Of a DNA stretch of 38,199 bases, positions 7,986 to 16,879 are shown piece by piece. The DNA comes from a virus. Its lineage: Duplodnaviria > Caudoviricetes. The number at the start of each line of letters is the position of its first letter. Within the stretch, counting starts at the first letter, position 1. The notes beneath the pieces were generated by a model that saw only the letters and a list, made by a program, of their open reading frames with translations, ran no database searches and was not told where the DNA came from. Made by a program: the position numbers and the translations under genes. The stretch spans positions 1 through 38,199 of IMG/VR virus record IMGVR_UViG_3300030037_000002; one strand, given 5' to 3'.

Positions 7986-8684
7986 TTAACCCATTAATTT
8001 AGATAGGCCGTTAGTTAGCTTCTGGTGCGTTGATACGTTACCTTGCTGTGGCGTAGTGTTGTTATTACCTTGACCGTTACCCCCGTTTGACTGGATTTTA
8101 AATATTTCAGGCTGACCTGCAACAAACTCTGACACGGTTAAATTGCCATCAGCACCAGCCATAATGCCATCACCATTCATAGCGACCACTTGACCGTTAT
8201 CAATGCTAAACATACCTTTAACCTGTGACATTACAGATGCGAAAGCTTCAGGGTTAATTTTATGCTCACTGAATGCAGCGTTTGCAGCGCCCTCAATTTC
8301 ATATTTAGATATAGTACCAGCGTTTGTGGCTGTTAATGCGTTAAACTGTTCGTTAAGTGCATCATACTTAGTCGCCCATGCTGCCTCACTGTTTTTAGTG
8401 TGGTTAGCTAACAAAGTATCGAAATCTTTTTTATCAATAAGCTCCTGGTTCTGCAGTTGGCGTTCTTTCTCCATTACAGCGTTGTACTTTTCCATATCAA
8501 CATTTTCGAATTGCTTAGCGGTATTCATAAGTTCGATGTTCTTAGTACGAAAATCATCAACCTTCGATTTGTCGGTAGCACCTTCGACTTGTAATTGATA
8601 ACCATCACCAGCCATAGCATAGAAGCCTTTCTCTGCTTCAGATAGTTTGTCGAAATCTTCTGTACTCATTTTAAATTTTAACAT
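7986..8684 (-). CDS. Capsid scaffolding protein
   Basis: Coiled-coil, acidic, low-complexity SNGGNGQG tail; MLKF...Y...YQLQVEG N-terminus; upstream of the capsid gene. Confidence 0.85.
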   Translation of the reverse strand: MLKFKMSTEDFDKLSEAEKGFYAMAGDGYQLQVEGATDKSKVDDFRTKNIELMNTAKQFENVDMEKYNAVMEKERQLQNQELIDKKDFDTLLANHTKNSEAAWATKYDALNEQFNALTATNAGTISKYEIEGAANAAFSEHKINPEAFASVMSQVKGMFSIDNGQVVAMNGDGIMAGADGNLTVSEFVAGQPEIFKIQSNGGNGQGNNNTTPQQGNVSTHQKLTNGLSKLMG

Positions 8685-8722
8685 TTTTAATCACCGATTA
8701 AGTTTACTCACACTGTGAGTGT

Positions 8723-9760
8723 TTAAGTTTTATCCCAAGCGCTGGGATGTTTTGCTTTAAGTTGATCAAGAGTTAAAGCCTGACCACGTTCATTCACGAA
8801 TTTATCTAATGACAAACCGCCTTTTCTAAATAATTCTGCTTTCTTTTTACCTAGCACGTCAACCTGAAATGCTTTTGACTGTTTACCGAGCCAATCATTG
8901 TAAGTCTGGTCTGCTTTAACTGGCCCGTCCATACTAGCACGTTTACCGCCTATATTCTTTTTGTTAAATCCTTTTGCCGTACTGGTAACCTCATCCTCGA
9001 ACAATGGCGTAGTTGTTGAGCGACAATTATAATGTGCTGGTGGCATTGGCCCCTTACCAACTTTCCATACCTTACCGTCACGGCTTTGACACGTTGGCGA
9101 TGTACGACCATCTAGCGTACTCACCCACTCATAGTATGGGATTACATCAATGTTATCCTCAAACGTCTTATTCTTAGCTACTGAAGCTGTATGGCTTAAT
9201 GCAGTTCTAACCATGCGCTCAGCATTGGTGCGGGTAACATTTAATATTCCATTCTTATAATTCTGCGCCTTAGTGCCAACGATACCGCGAACTATTTCAG
9301 CAGTTGTTTGACCCTCATAGAACCCCATCGACACAGCATCCCGCACAGCTTTCGATTGCTTGACACTAAAGTCTTTCAGGTAATCTTTCAGCAGTAAGTT
9401 GTTAAACGGCCGAGCATTAACTGCTGCACTTAATTGTGCTGGCGCTGGTATAACCATTTCAAAGTCACTCACCTTACCAACTGTAGCCGCTGCAAACTCT
9501 GCCTCCTGCACTGCAAACATTTCTATTTGAGTATTTAATTCATCAGTAAAAGCAACTAACTCACCCTTAACTAAATCCTCCGTAAACTCTAATAAGCTTT
9601 TAATTCTAGCTTGTGATGTAACTGTATTAGTTTGCGTTAACTTATAGCGTAACTGCTGTGTTACACGCCTAAGATAAGGCAATAACCTATCAGATTGGTC
9701 GTTGTAGTATTGCTCTAAATAGTGAGCGTGTCTTGAGTATATATCGTTAATAGTAGGCAT
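8723..9760 (-). CDS. Minor head / head morphogenesis protein (Mu gpF / SPP1 gp7 family)
   Basis: AERMVRT, YEWVSTLDGRTSPTC and PPAHYNCRST motifs. Confidence 0.93.
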   Translation of the reverse strand: MPTINDIYSRHAHYLEQYYNDQSDRLLPYLRRVTQQLRYKLTQTNTVTSQARIKSLLEFTEDLVKGELVAFTDELNTQIEMFAVQEAEFAAATVGKVSDFEMVIPAPAQLSAAVNARPFNNLLLKDYLKDFSVKQSKAVRDAVSMGFYEGQTTAEIVRGIVGTKAQNYKNGILNVTRTNAERMVRTALSHTASVAKNKTFEDNIDVIPYYEWVSTLDGRTSPTCQSRDGKVWKVGKGPMPPAHYNCRSTTTPLFEDEVTSTAKGFNKKNIGGKRASMDGPVKADQTYNDWLGKQSKAFQVDVLGKKKAELFRKGGLSLDKFVNERGQALTLDQLKAKHPSAWDKT

Positions 9761-9801
9761 TCGATTATTATAACACGCGATAAATTAATTTAATAATAGT
9801 G

Positions 9802-9829
9802 TTGACTTATGATATGTGTCGCATATACT
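9802..9829 (+). promoter_or_regulatory. Sigma70-like promoter of the inserted rightward operon
   Basis: TTGACT-16 nt-TATACT followed by ATCAACAACGCA. Confidence 0.7.
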
Positions 9830-9857
9830 TAGCATATCAACAACGCATGGGGTGAGT

Positions 9858-9995
9858 ATGAAAAAGGTAATAGATTTCGATAAGGATTTACAAAAGGCTA
9901 TTCAGGATTACGCAGATTTATTTTGCGAGGGTAATTTTAATATGGCAGTAAGGCAGTTAACTAAATCAGGTTTAAATAATAAGGGTAAAGTATGA
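9858..9995 (+). CDS. 45-aa ribbon-helix-helix (Arc/CopG-like) regulator
   Basis: MKKVIDFDKDLQKAIQDYADLFCEGNFNMAVRQLTKSGL, strand-helix-helix pattern; GGGGTGA RBS. Confidence 0.6.
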   Translation: MKKVIDFDKDLQKAIQDYADLFCEGNFNMAVRQLTKSGLNNKGKV

Positions 9996-10159
9996 ATCCA
10001 GTCCTAGGTAGTTATTACGAGTTAACTGATGATATTGATTTTACTGGTCATTTCACGCTAACAGTATTGATTAAGGTTAGCCACAGAAAGAATAACAAGC
10101 GCGGCCGCTTCGGCATTCGAAAGCTAATTAAAACCACAAAGAAAATTGTAATTAATTAA
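9992..10159 (+). CDS. 55-aa basic hypothetical protein
   Basis: ATGA overlap with the upstream gene, TAAGGGT RBS. Confidence 0.55.
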   Translation: MNPVLGSYYELTDDIDFTGHFTLTVLIKVSHRKNNKRGRFGIRKLIKTTKKIVIN

Positions 10160-10168
10160 GGGTAAATT

Positions 10169-10867
10169 ATGAATAAATCAGAAGAGTACGTCAAAGCAAA
10201 TAGAGCACTAAAGCAGTATCAGAAAGATACACGTTTGTTGGTGTGGGTGTGGTCGGTGTTTATTGCGCTAGCTGTTACGGTTGTATTGTCAGGATGCGGG
10301 GGATCAACACCTGAGACAGTAAAGGTTGAGCCTATTGAAATAATCAAGCCTGTTATTGATACGCTAGTTATTCATCGTAACACTGAATATAAATACGGCT
10401 CAATGGATGGCATACCTTCTGATGCTGAAGCCGTTATAACATCAGTAGTATTCAGTCAGAAAGACAGGGAAAGGCTTTTAAAGTGTAATTACACATGCTT
10501 TATCCCTGCGCTATCAGTGATACTTGGAGACGACAAGGACTGTGTTGATTGTAAATTTTTAAATAGATTTCTCGACCCTTACGAAAGCCGTCATGGGATG
10601 ACTGTATTTCTAGTTATCGAGGATGCCCTGACATTTTCATTTGCTCAGCACTTGGTTGGCGAATACGGTCATTCAAATATTGTTCTTGTTTCATCTAACG
10701 AGGAGTTATTGCTTAAAGCTGAATACAACTATCCTTTGGCTATTATAGGCGAGTCTACTGATAGCAATATAGAGTGGCATATAACCAGCAACAGCGAGTG
10801 CTCAGCTAGGTGTATTAACCCTAATGGCGAGGGCGTAGGTGAATTTGACGGGACTATTAAAGGCTGA
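10169..10867 (+). CDS. Membrane-anchored / lipoprotein, possibly with a degenerate GDPD-like domain
   Basis: Hydrophobic segment ending in lipobox VLSGC; motif order VIHR, IPALSVIL, IVLVSSNEELL, FDGTI. Confidence 0.55.
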   Translation: MNKSEEYVKANRALKQYQKDTRLLVWVWSVFIALAVTVVLSGCGGSTPETVKVEPIEIIKPVIDTLVIHRNTEYKYGSMDGIPSDAEAVITSVVFSQKDRERLLKCNYTCFIPALSVILGDDKDCVDCKFLNRFLDPYESRHGMTVFLVIEDALTFSFAQHLVGEYGHSNIVLVSSNEELLLKAEYNYPLAIIGESTDSNIEWHITSNSECSARCINPNGEGVGEFDGTIKG

Positions 10868-10896
10868 TTATGGTGAAATCAAGCAAGCAATAAATA

Positions 10897-10922
10897 AAAA
10901 GGCCGCAATTAAGCGGCCTTTT
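10897..10922. terminator. Bidirectional intrinsic terminator
   Basis: AAAAGGCCGC-aattaa-GCGGCCTTTT between convergent genes. Confidence 0.88.
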
Positions 10923-10946
10923 GCATGTAGATGATCACCCCCTTAG

Positions 10947-11114
10947 TTAATGTCTAGCTGGGCTCTTACCTGTACTGTTACCAAGATATCGTGGCGTTGA
11001 TATTGTTCGCTTAGCAAAGCAACCACACTCACACAATGCAACCTTAGTATCATCATGTACAAATCGCTCGATTACACCACCTGATTCACACTGAAAGCTT
11101 CTAAACTTCTTCAT
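10947..11114 (-). CDS. 55-aa zinc-ribbon protein (FmdB/Com-like)
   Basis: MKKFRSFQCESGGVIERFVHDDTKVALCECGCFAKRTISTPRY; GAGG RBS within the portal 3' end. Confidence 0.65.
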   Translation of the reverse strand: MKKFRSFQCESGGVIERFVHDDTKVALCECGCFAKRTISTPRYLGNSTGKSPARH

Positions 11115-12438
11115 TAGGCGCCTCTTCCTCTAGGTCAAAGTCTTGACTTCCTGACTCAATCTTAGCAATTTCTTGCTCGACCGTGACACCTGGCGGCAAC
11201 TTCTCACCTTTGAATAACAAGTTGACGAATGTGTCAAGACTCATACCGCCACCTTGCATCGTTTGTAAGTTAGCTAACATATCTTGTGGATCTATCTTAA
11301 TATCAACAAAATCACGGTTAACCTTAAACTCCGGCACTGATTGTCCCATCCACTGAGCAACAATCTCAAGCAGTCGCTCGACTGTACTATCAATCGTATT
11401 CGCTAGCGTTGATAGTGTGGCTGTTTCGCTTGACGCTTCAATACGTGCCGTCTCTGCTGCTTTCACGTTGTCACTACCGCTAGCCAACATCTTAGCACCT
11501 ACGCTAGCCATGTCCTGAACCTTGCTGTCGATAGATGCTTTTAACGCGCCTAGTCCGGCACCAGTAAACTCTAGCAATTCAGCTTTAGCGGTTTCATCTT
11601 CAATGTGATTAGCTGAGCCTGCACCTATTTTAAGTTGCTTCTTGTTGCCTTCTGAGTCACGCAAGTCACCGAATAAAAACAATGTAGGCAATGCTGTCCA
11701 GTGTAAACCATGGCTTTCATCTGTCGATTGCATGTACTGCTTGTGATTGATATTAGCTAAATGTAGCAAAACAGGATCACTAGTTAACTCACCAGCGAAT
11801 ACAAAAGGTAATTCAGTGAAAGCATCGCCACGGATATCAGGCGTCTTGGTATCAACTATCGCCCACTTGCCTTTATCCTCGCGCCATATGTTTTGGATGT
11901 AATGGCCAGCTTCATCAAAGGTTAACTCTAAGCATTCGAGTTTAGTCTCTTGCTTGTATTTGTCCCTTTCATCTTGAACCGTATATTCCTGAGTCAATAC
12001 GATATAAGTATCAGATACATTAATGATTGATTCACGGGCGTATTGCTTGACCACGGCTTTATTGTCGATGAACTCAACTAAATAACCACCAACACCAGCA
12101 TAAAGTTGTTCCTTAATCATGCCCTCGATAAACTTATTAGCACTTGTTCGCATACCGTCAAAGTCATCAAGTAGATAAGCTAACTTACCAGTAGGCTCAA
12201 ACATTGGTGGTCTACGCATAATAGCGCCACTGATGGCCAATGCTGTCGGCTCAACTGCTGGTATAACATAGCCTCGCATCAGGTAAGCTTTATAATCAGC
12301 GTTGTTTTGACCACCTAATTTTGGTAGGTAGGTGTCTTCTTTAGCCTTAACGGTAAACTCACCATCAGCAAAGTCACGTACCTTAGTTGATTTACTTACG
12401 GCTAAATCATAACCATCGTATCTAGTATCTATTGGCAT
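11101..12438 (-). CDS. Portal protein (DUF4055 type)
   Basis: YLPKL...YKAYLMR, LANINHKQY and LHWTALPTL motifs; directly after terL. Confidence 0.92.
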   Translation of the reverse strand: MPIDTRYDGYDLAVSKSTKVRDFADGEFTVKAKEDTYLPKLGGQNNADYKAYLMRGYVIPAVEPTALAISGAIMRRPPMFEPTGKLAYLLDDFDGMRTSANKFIEGMIKEQLYAGVGGYLVEFIDNKAVVKQYARESIINVSDTYIVLTQEYTVQDERDKYKQETKLECLELTFDEAGHYIQNIWREDKGKWAIVDTKTPDIRGDAFTELPFVFAGELTSDPVLLHLANINHKQYMQSTDESHGLHWTALPTLFLFGDLRDSEGNKKQLKIGAGSANHIEDETAKAELLEFTGAGLGALKASIDSKVQDMASVGAKMLASGSDNVKAAETARIEASSETATLSTLANTIDSTVERLLEIVAQWMGQSVPEFKVNRDFVDIKIDPQDMLANLQTMQGGGMSLDTFVNLLFKGEKLPPGVTVEQEIAKIESGSQDFDLEEEAPNEEV

Positions 12439-12440
12439 TA

Positions 12441-13748
12441 TTAAAATCCTGTAATATCTAATTTACTTGCTGAGCCTTTTGCGATTATACCAAACTTATG
12501 ATGTATATAGTAACCAAGGGCATCATTGGGATGGTCGTTATCGTGTTCCTTGTCCGGCTCGCCTTGTTTGTTGTAAATCTGCTGCTCTAAACTGTCGCAT
12601 GTCTCAGGGCAACTTACCTCATTAACAAAGTATCGCCTTAGCTCGTTAGCATTGCATAGCATAGCCTGAACTGATGCGATTCTATTCTTAACGTAAGGGT
12701 TTTTATTCTTATTCTTAACCATGAAAGCTTGCTTTAACTGACTGATATCAGTCTTTGAAGCATCTGAACTCTTTCTATTCTGCCCGCTAGCATCAGGGTA
12801 AACGGTTATACGGTGATTAGGATACTTATCTTGAATGACTCTAATCATGCTAGGTGTATCAAGTATACCCATCAACTCATCTACTGCGCTGGTTATTTGA
12901 TAATCGTTTACATAATCCTCAACATGAACAATAGCTGACATCTTACCAACATTGAAATCCATACCTATGTGAAGGTGATCACCCGACTGAATCTCTCGAT
13001 TAGTATTATTAAGCTTTCTATCATAGCAAGTGTATACCGCCCCCGATGTAAGGTTAACAAACTCACCATTAACATATGCATCAACTAGGTTAGGAGGGTA
13101 AGTAGCGTATAACTTATCGATATAATCATCTGGTAAGTTCTTACGGTTCTTTAATGTGCTTGCTTTAGTAAGGCTATAAAACTTTTTAAGCTCAGGCTTT
13201 TCTTTAAGCTGCTTAACAAAGAAGTCATACATCCAGTTAAAACCTTCTGGCGTAGTTGTAAAATCAACCGTGTTAACCTTGTAATCATCACGCACTGAAC
13301 TCATACGGGCCACTATCTTCTTCCATGCTTTATCCGCTTTCTCCTTGTTCATACAATCTATTTCATCTATTAACGCATGGCTAATATCGAAACCAACAAT
13401 TCTGTGAGGATGTTCCATACTTCGGCATTTGACTGTTGCATATACATCCCCGCCAATAATAAGCTTAACAGTATGTTCAGACTTATTGATATCAACTGTA
13501 CAGGGCTTACCAGCGTGAGCGCTAAACTCATCAGCAACTTCCTCAATAGTGTCATAGAATATATCTCTTATCTGTGGGTAGGTTGGTGCAAAGTAACCAA
13601 GCTTAATACCTGGATGTCCTGCTGCTAACATCCATAACCTTACGCAACCTATGAATGTCTTACCTGAGCGATAGCCACCTACGAATCCATTAAATGGTTC
13701 AGACTTGCCGATAAACTCTGCTTGAGGATAATTTAAATTAAGAGGCAT
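12441..13748 (-). CDS. terL: Terminase large subunit
   Basis: Walker A GGYRSGKT, Walker B LIDEID, TTTPEG, nuclease GMDFN and DHPNDALGY. Confidence 0.96.
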   Translation of the reverse strand: MPLNLNYPQAEFIGKSEPFNGFVGGYRSGKTFIGCVRLWMLAAGHPGIKLGYFAPTYPQIRDIFYDTIEEVADEFSAHAGKPCTVDINKSEHTVKLIIGGDVYATVKCRSMEHPHRIVGFDISHALIDEIDCMNKEKADKAWKKIVARMSSVRDDYKVNTVDFTTTPEGFNWMYDFFVKQLKEKPELKKFYSLTKASTLKNRKNLPDDYIDKLYATYPPNLVDAYVNGEFVNLTSGAVYTCYDRKLNNTNREIQSGDHLHIGMDFNVGKMSAIVHVEDYVNDYQITSAVDELMGILDTPSMIRVIQDKYPNHRITVYPDASGQNRKSSDASKTDISQLKQAFMVKNKNKNPYVKNRIASVQAMLCNANELRRYFVNEVSCPETCDSLEQQIYNKQGEPDKEHDNDHPNDALGYYIHHKFGIIAKGSASKLDITGF

Positions 13749-14166
13749 CTATAATACCTATTGCAATAGGCTGAGTAACCTTGTCGTTTTCTTCTTTACT
13801 ACCTAGCATTGCGTTAAGTGTTTCGATTGCGCCCTTGGCTGCTGCAAGATTCTCTAAGCGTGCATTTCCTTGCGCATCCAAATAAGTACCTATTCCAGCA
13901 TCATGAATCGCTTTAAGCGCCTTTAATCGCCACTCAACGCTAACAGTGAACTTTTCTTCAGCTATCGCAGTAGCTCTGGATTGCAGTTCATCTATCCTAA
14001 GGCTTATATGAGGTTTTGTTCTTAACTTGTAGGCTTGAACGCTCATATGGTCAGGCTTTAAGTCTTGTGAGTATTCTGAATGCTTGTACGCTTGCATTGA
14101 ATCGCTTTTGTGTAGCACATAAGCCTGTGCAAAAGATTCCTCTTTGCCTGTTAGTTTACGCATCAC
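13738..14166 (-). CDS. terS: Terminase small subunit (start GTG 14166 or ATG 14163)
   Basis: KLTGKEESFAQAY...AYK HTH-type N-terminus; overlaps the terL start. Confidence 0.88.
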   Translation of the reverse strand: MMRKLTGKEESFAQAYVLHKSDSMQAYKHSEYSQDLKPDHMSVQAYKLRTKPHISLRIDELQSRATAIAEEKFTVSVEWRLKALKAIHDAGIGTYLDAQGNARLENLAAAKGAIETLNAMLGSKEENDKVTQPIAIGIIDAS

Positions 14167-14253
14167 TAGCCCCGCTAATGTTTCGACTCACCGAGTCTTT
14201 ATATTCGTAGTGAGGAACTATTAATTCCCCACTGATTTAATTGAAGTTTTTAT

Positions 14254-14481
14254 TTAGCCTGTCAAATTGATATGCACTGTTGCACCACCTGTAATAACAG
14301 CTCTAATACCACATGCTGGTAAATTAACGTCAAATGGTCCGTTATTCAATGAATCAGGGATAGTTAGCATACCCTCATCACTAACACTGTACTGTATATC
14401 AGCAGTACCACCGTTAGGGGTAATCTTAATATTATAAAACCCCATGCCTATTCTGTTTTCTACGTTATGTAATAACTGCAT
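14254..14481 (-). CDS. Small beta-rich virion protein (possible head-spike base)
   Basis: 75 aa, GGTADIQY...IRAVITGGATV. Confidence 0.5.
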   Translation of the reverse strand: MQLLHNVENRIGMGFYNIKITPNGGTADIQYSVSDEGMLTIPDSLNNGPFDVNLPACGIRAVITGGATVHINLTG

Positions 14482-14805
14482 TTATACGTCCTTAGTTTGT
14501 TTAGGTTTAAAGTCTGGATGATTAGCATGCGCCCACTTTAATTGTGCTTGTGAGAATATACCCATTTTAAAGTTAGGCTCCTGCGCTGCTAGCCCCGTTA
14601 ACATAGTACTTAGCTCAATAGTTGATAACCCAACTTGCTCAGGGTCGTTGGTAGGATTAAACCCTAATTGATCTACCCTATTCTTTTCGCGTGGTGATGC
14701 GAGTATCTGTGCTTCAGTTAACCCAACAAGTGTTACCTTGCCGTCAGCATAAAGAGCACCTGTCCAATCTGCGTTTACTGTGTACATTACTGCGTATAAA
14801 ACCAC
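14482..14805 (-). CDS. Hypothetical protein
   Basis: TAAGGAG RBS with GTG start; contiguous with neighbours. Confidence 0.7.
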   Translation of the reverse strand: MVLYAVMYTVNADWTGALYADGKVTLVGLTEAQILASPREKNRVDQLGFNPTNDPEQVGLSTIELSTMLTGLAAQEPNFKMGIFSQAQLKWAHANHPDFKPKQTKDV

Positions 14806-14815
14806 GGTACTCTCC

Positions 14816-16171
14816 TTATGCTATTTCTATTTTACGTTTGACTGATATGTCAGACAGAGTACAAGTAGACAAACCTGAGCCCCTAGTCCACTGAATATTG
14901 GCAGAGCCTGCTACTAACGTAGCGCTTGTAATACCTGTTGTGGTAAAGACATCTTGGTCTATATCAGCAAACACCTTCATATTACCAGTGATGGCATCAA
15001 CACTAAATACGGTTAAGTATATTGAGCCAACAGTCAATACACCGTCTCTCATTGTGTTAAATGAGCCATCGCCATTGTACGTGTAACTGCCGCCACCATC
15101 GTCCACCCAGTTAGATTGAAGTATTGGTGTATTGTCCCACAACTCCTGACCTATCCAACTACCATCTATTAACGTGTATTGCTCTCTCTGTGCGTCTGGT
15201 ATGTTAACGTATGTTATAGCGTTAGTTATTGAGCGAGCTGTTATTCCTGCATCTATCTCTACATAGTCGCCAGCATCATGCCCAGTATTTATAGTGCCTA
15301 AATACATGGTTGTAGCCGTTGCTGTAAATAAGCCATCTAAGCTCACTAATCCATCGCCTTCCGACTGAAGTATATCAGATTCACTAAGGCCTTGAGTCGT
15401 ACCCACCCTGATTCTGATTGTTATGGCTGGATTGTTGGAGGTTGCAATCACTGCAACTCTATACGCTTCACCTACAGTTAAACCTGTAAGCGCTGTTGAT
15501 GCGCCGAATGTAGATGTAGAACCTGCTGTCGCTCGAAGCTTACTACTTACAGCTGATATAGTTGCCGTACCTCTTGCGTCCAACCATCCAGCAGTATTAT
15601 CAAATACATTATTGGTTACTAACTCACTCCCAAACACATTCTCAGCAGGGTACTCAACATTACCCGTTGCTAGCCCTAGTGTGTTAGATGTAGTTACACC
15701 TGATATAGTTGCAACAGCGTTAGCTAAGATTCCGCTGTAGAAGTCGACCAGCGTATATCTCGAACCCATAAACCCTAGCCTAGCCGCTGCTGTAAATGTT
15801 ATTTTAGCGTGATGTAAAGCACCATCAACAGGGTGTAAGTCACCAGTAACCTTTATTACTCCATCAACCTCTAGCGTCATATTTGACGCATTAATTGTAT
15901 AATCAGAATTCCTAAACAATAAAAACGACCTGTCATCAGCGGTGTCACCGTCTGTTAGGTATTCATCAGAAGTTACTGCACCAGTAGGAGCTAAGAAATC
16001 AAACTCATATGTATCACCAGCTTGAAACACTAATGTATTAGCGTAAACATAATGTGATTGCTGAACAGCGTCTAACTGCGCGAAGTATCTACGAATGAAT
16101 GAGGCTAAGGGGTTTACCATCGTACTAACCATTGAAGGCCGTACCATGCCAGTTACCATACTTGTAATCAT
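14816..16171 (-). CDS. Putative head fibre with lectin / carbohydrate-binding-like domains
   Basis: All-beta composition; two GxELxxN...W modules ending in DxxIS/T strands; repetitive N-terminus. Confidence 0.6.
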   Translation of the reverse strand: MITSMVTGMVRPSMVSTMVNPLASFIRRYFAQLDAVQQSHYVYANTLVFQAGDTYEFDFLAPTGAVTSDEYLTDGDTADDRSFLLFRNSDYTINASNMTLEVDGVIKVTGDLHPVDGALHHAKITFTAAARLGFMGSRYTLVDFYSGILANAVATISGVTTSNTLGLATGNVEYPAENVFGSELVTNNVFDNTAGWLDARGTATISAVSSKLRATAGSTSTFGASTALTGLTVGEAYRVAVIATSNNPAITIRIRVGTTQGLSESDILQSEGDGLVSLDGLFTATATTMYLGTINTGHDAGDYVEIDAGITARSITNAITYVNIPDAQREQYTLIDGSWIGQELWDNTPILQSNWVDDGGGSYTYNGDGSFNTMRDGVLTVGSIYLTVFSVDAITGNMKVFADIDQDVFTTTGITSATLVAGSANIQWTRGSGLSTCTLSDISVKRKIEIA

Positions 16172-16180
16172 TTACTACCC

Positions 16181-16546
16181 CTATTTTCTCATGTTCATTA
16201 AGAAGTAAAATGCAAGTATACCATTCATTGCTACATTAACGTTACTTGCCATAAACTCAAGTATATCACCAGCAAATAATGTTGCCCCTTCTATACCCAT
16301 AAATCGACCACAACCCGCGGATACCGTCCACGTAAAAACAAGCATTAACCATGCAATAGTGTATGAGCCTGCAATAAATCGCCTCATAGGTGATTGGTGC
16401 TTAGCTACCTCAGCGTGCTTTAATATAAACTCTGCTTGTTGTGCAGGAGTCCAATCGGTGCCAGCAATGCGATCAACTATCTTCATAGCTGTATTGCCCA
16501 CACCTTCAAAGCCGAATATTGATTTTAAGCCTGCCCAGAACCCCAT
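16181..16546 (-). CDS. Holin-like membrane protein
   Basis: Two hydrophobic helices after SPMRRFIA, C-terminal ILAFYF plus basic end; in the lysis cluster. Confidence 0.7.
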   Translation of the reverse strand: MGFWAGLKSIFGFEGVGNTAMKIVDRIAGTDWTPAQQAEFILKHAEVAKHQSPMRRFIAGSYTIAWLMLVFTWTVSAGCGRFMGIEGATLFAGDILEFMASNVNVAMNGILAFYFLMNMRK

Positions 16547-16878
16547 TAGAAGGCCCCCTCTATTTCTTTATATACATCGTGCATCATAATAATTGCTGGG
16601 TTTTCTCTATTCAATTCAATAGCACCCGAGTACAAGCCGCCCATAGCAACAGCTAAAGCGGCCGCACCGATTAAAACCTGCATCCATGTTGCGTGCGCTG
16701 CCTTTTTCTTGGCCTCTTTCCATTGATCGTGCGTTACCACATCAAAGTCGCTACGACCTTTTTCTATCCTGATTAACTCATCAAGCTTTAATCCGTTTTC
16801 CATTGTTAAATGGCTGTTAATACGAAGCTCTGCAATCATTTCGTTATGCTTTGGCGATGCTGCTGACTCTAATGACAT
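16546..16878 (-). CDS. Single-TM protein in the lysis cluster
   Basis: ATG at 16878 immediately after the endolysin stop; TM segment WMQVLIGAAALAVAMGGLY. Confidence 0.6.
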   Translation of the reverse strand: MSLESAASPKHNEMIAELRINSHLTMENGLKLDELIRIEKGRSDFDVVTHDQWKEAKKKAAHATWMQVLIGAAALAVAMGGLYSGAIELNRENPAIIMMHDVYKEIEGAF

Positions 16879-16879
16879 G

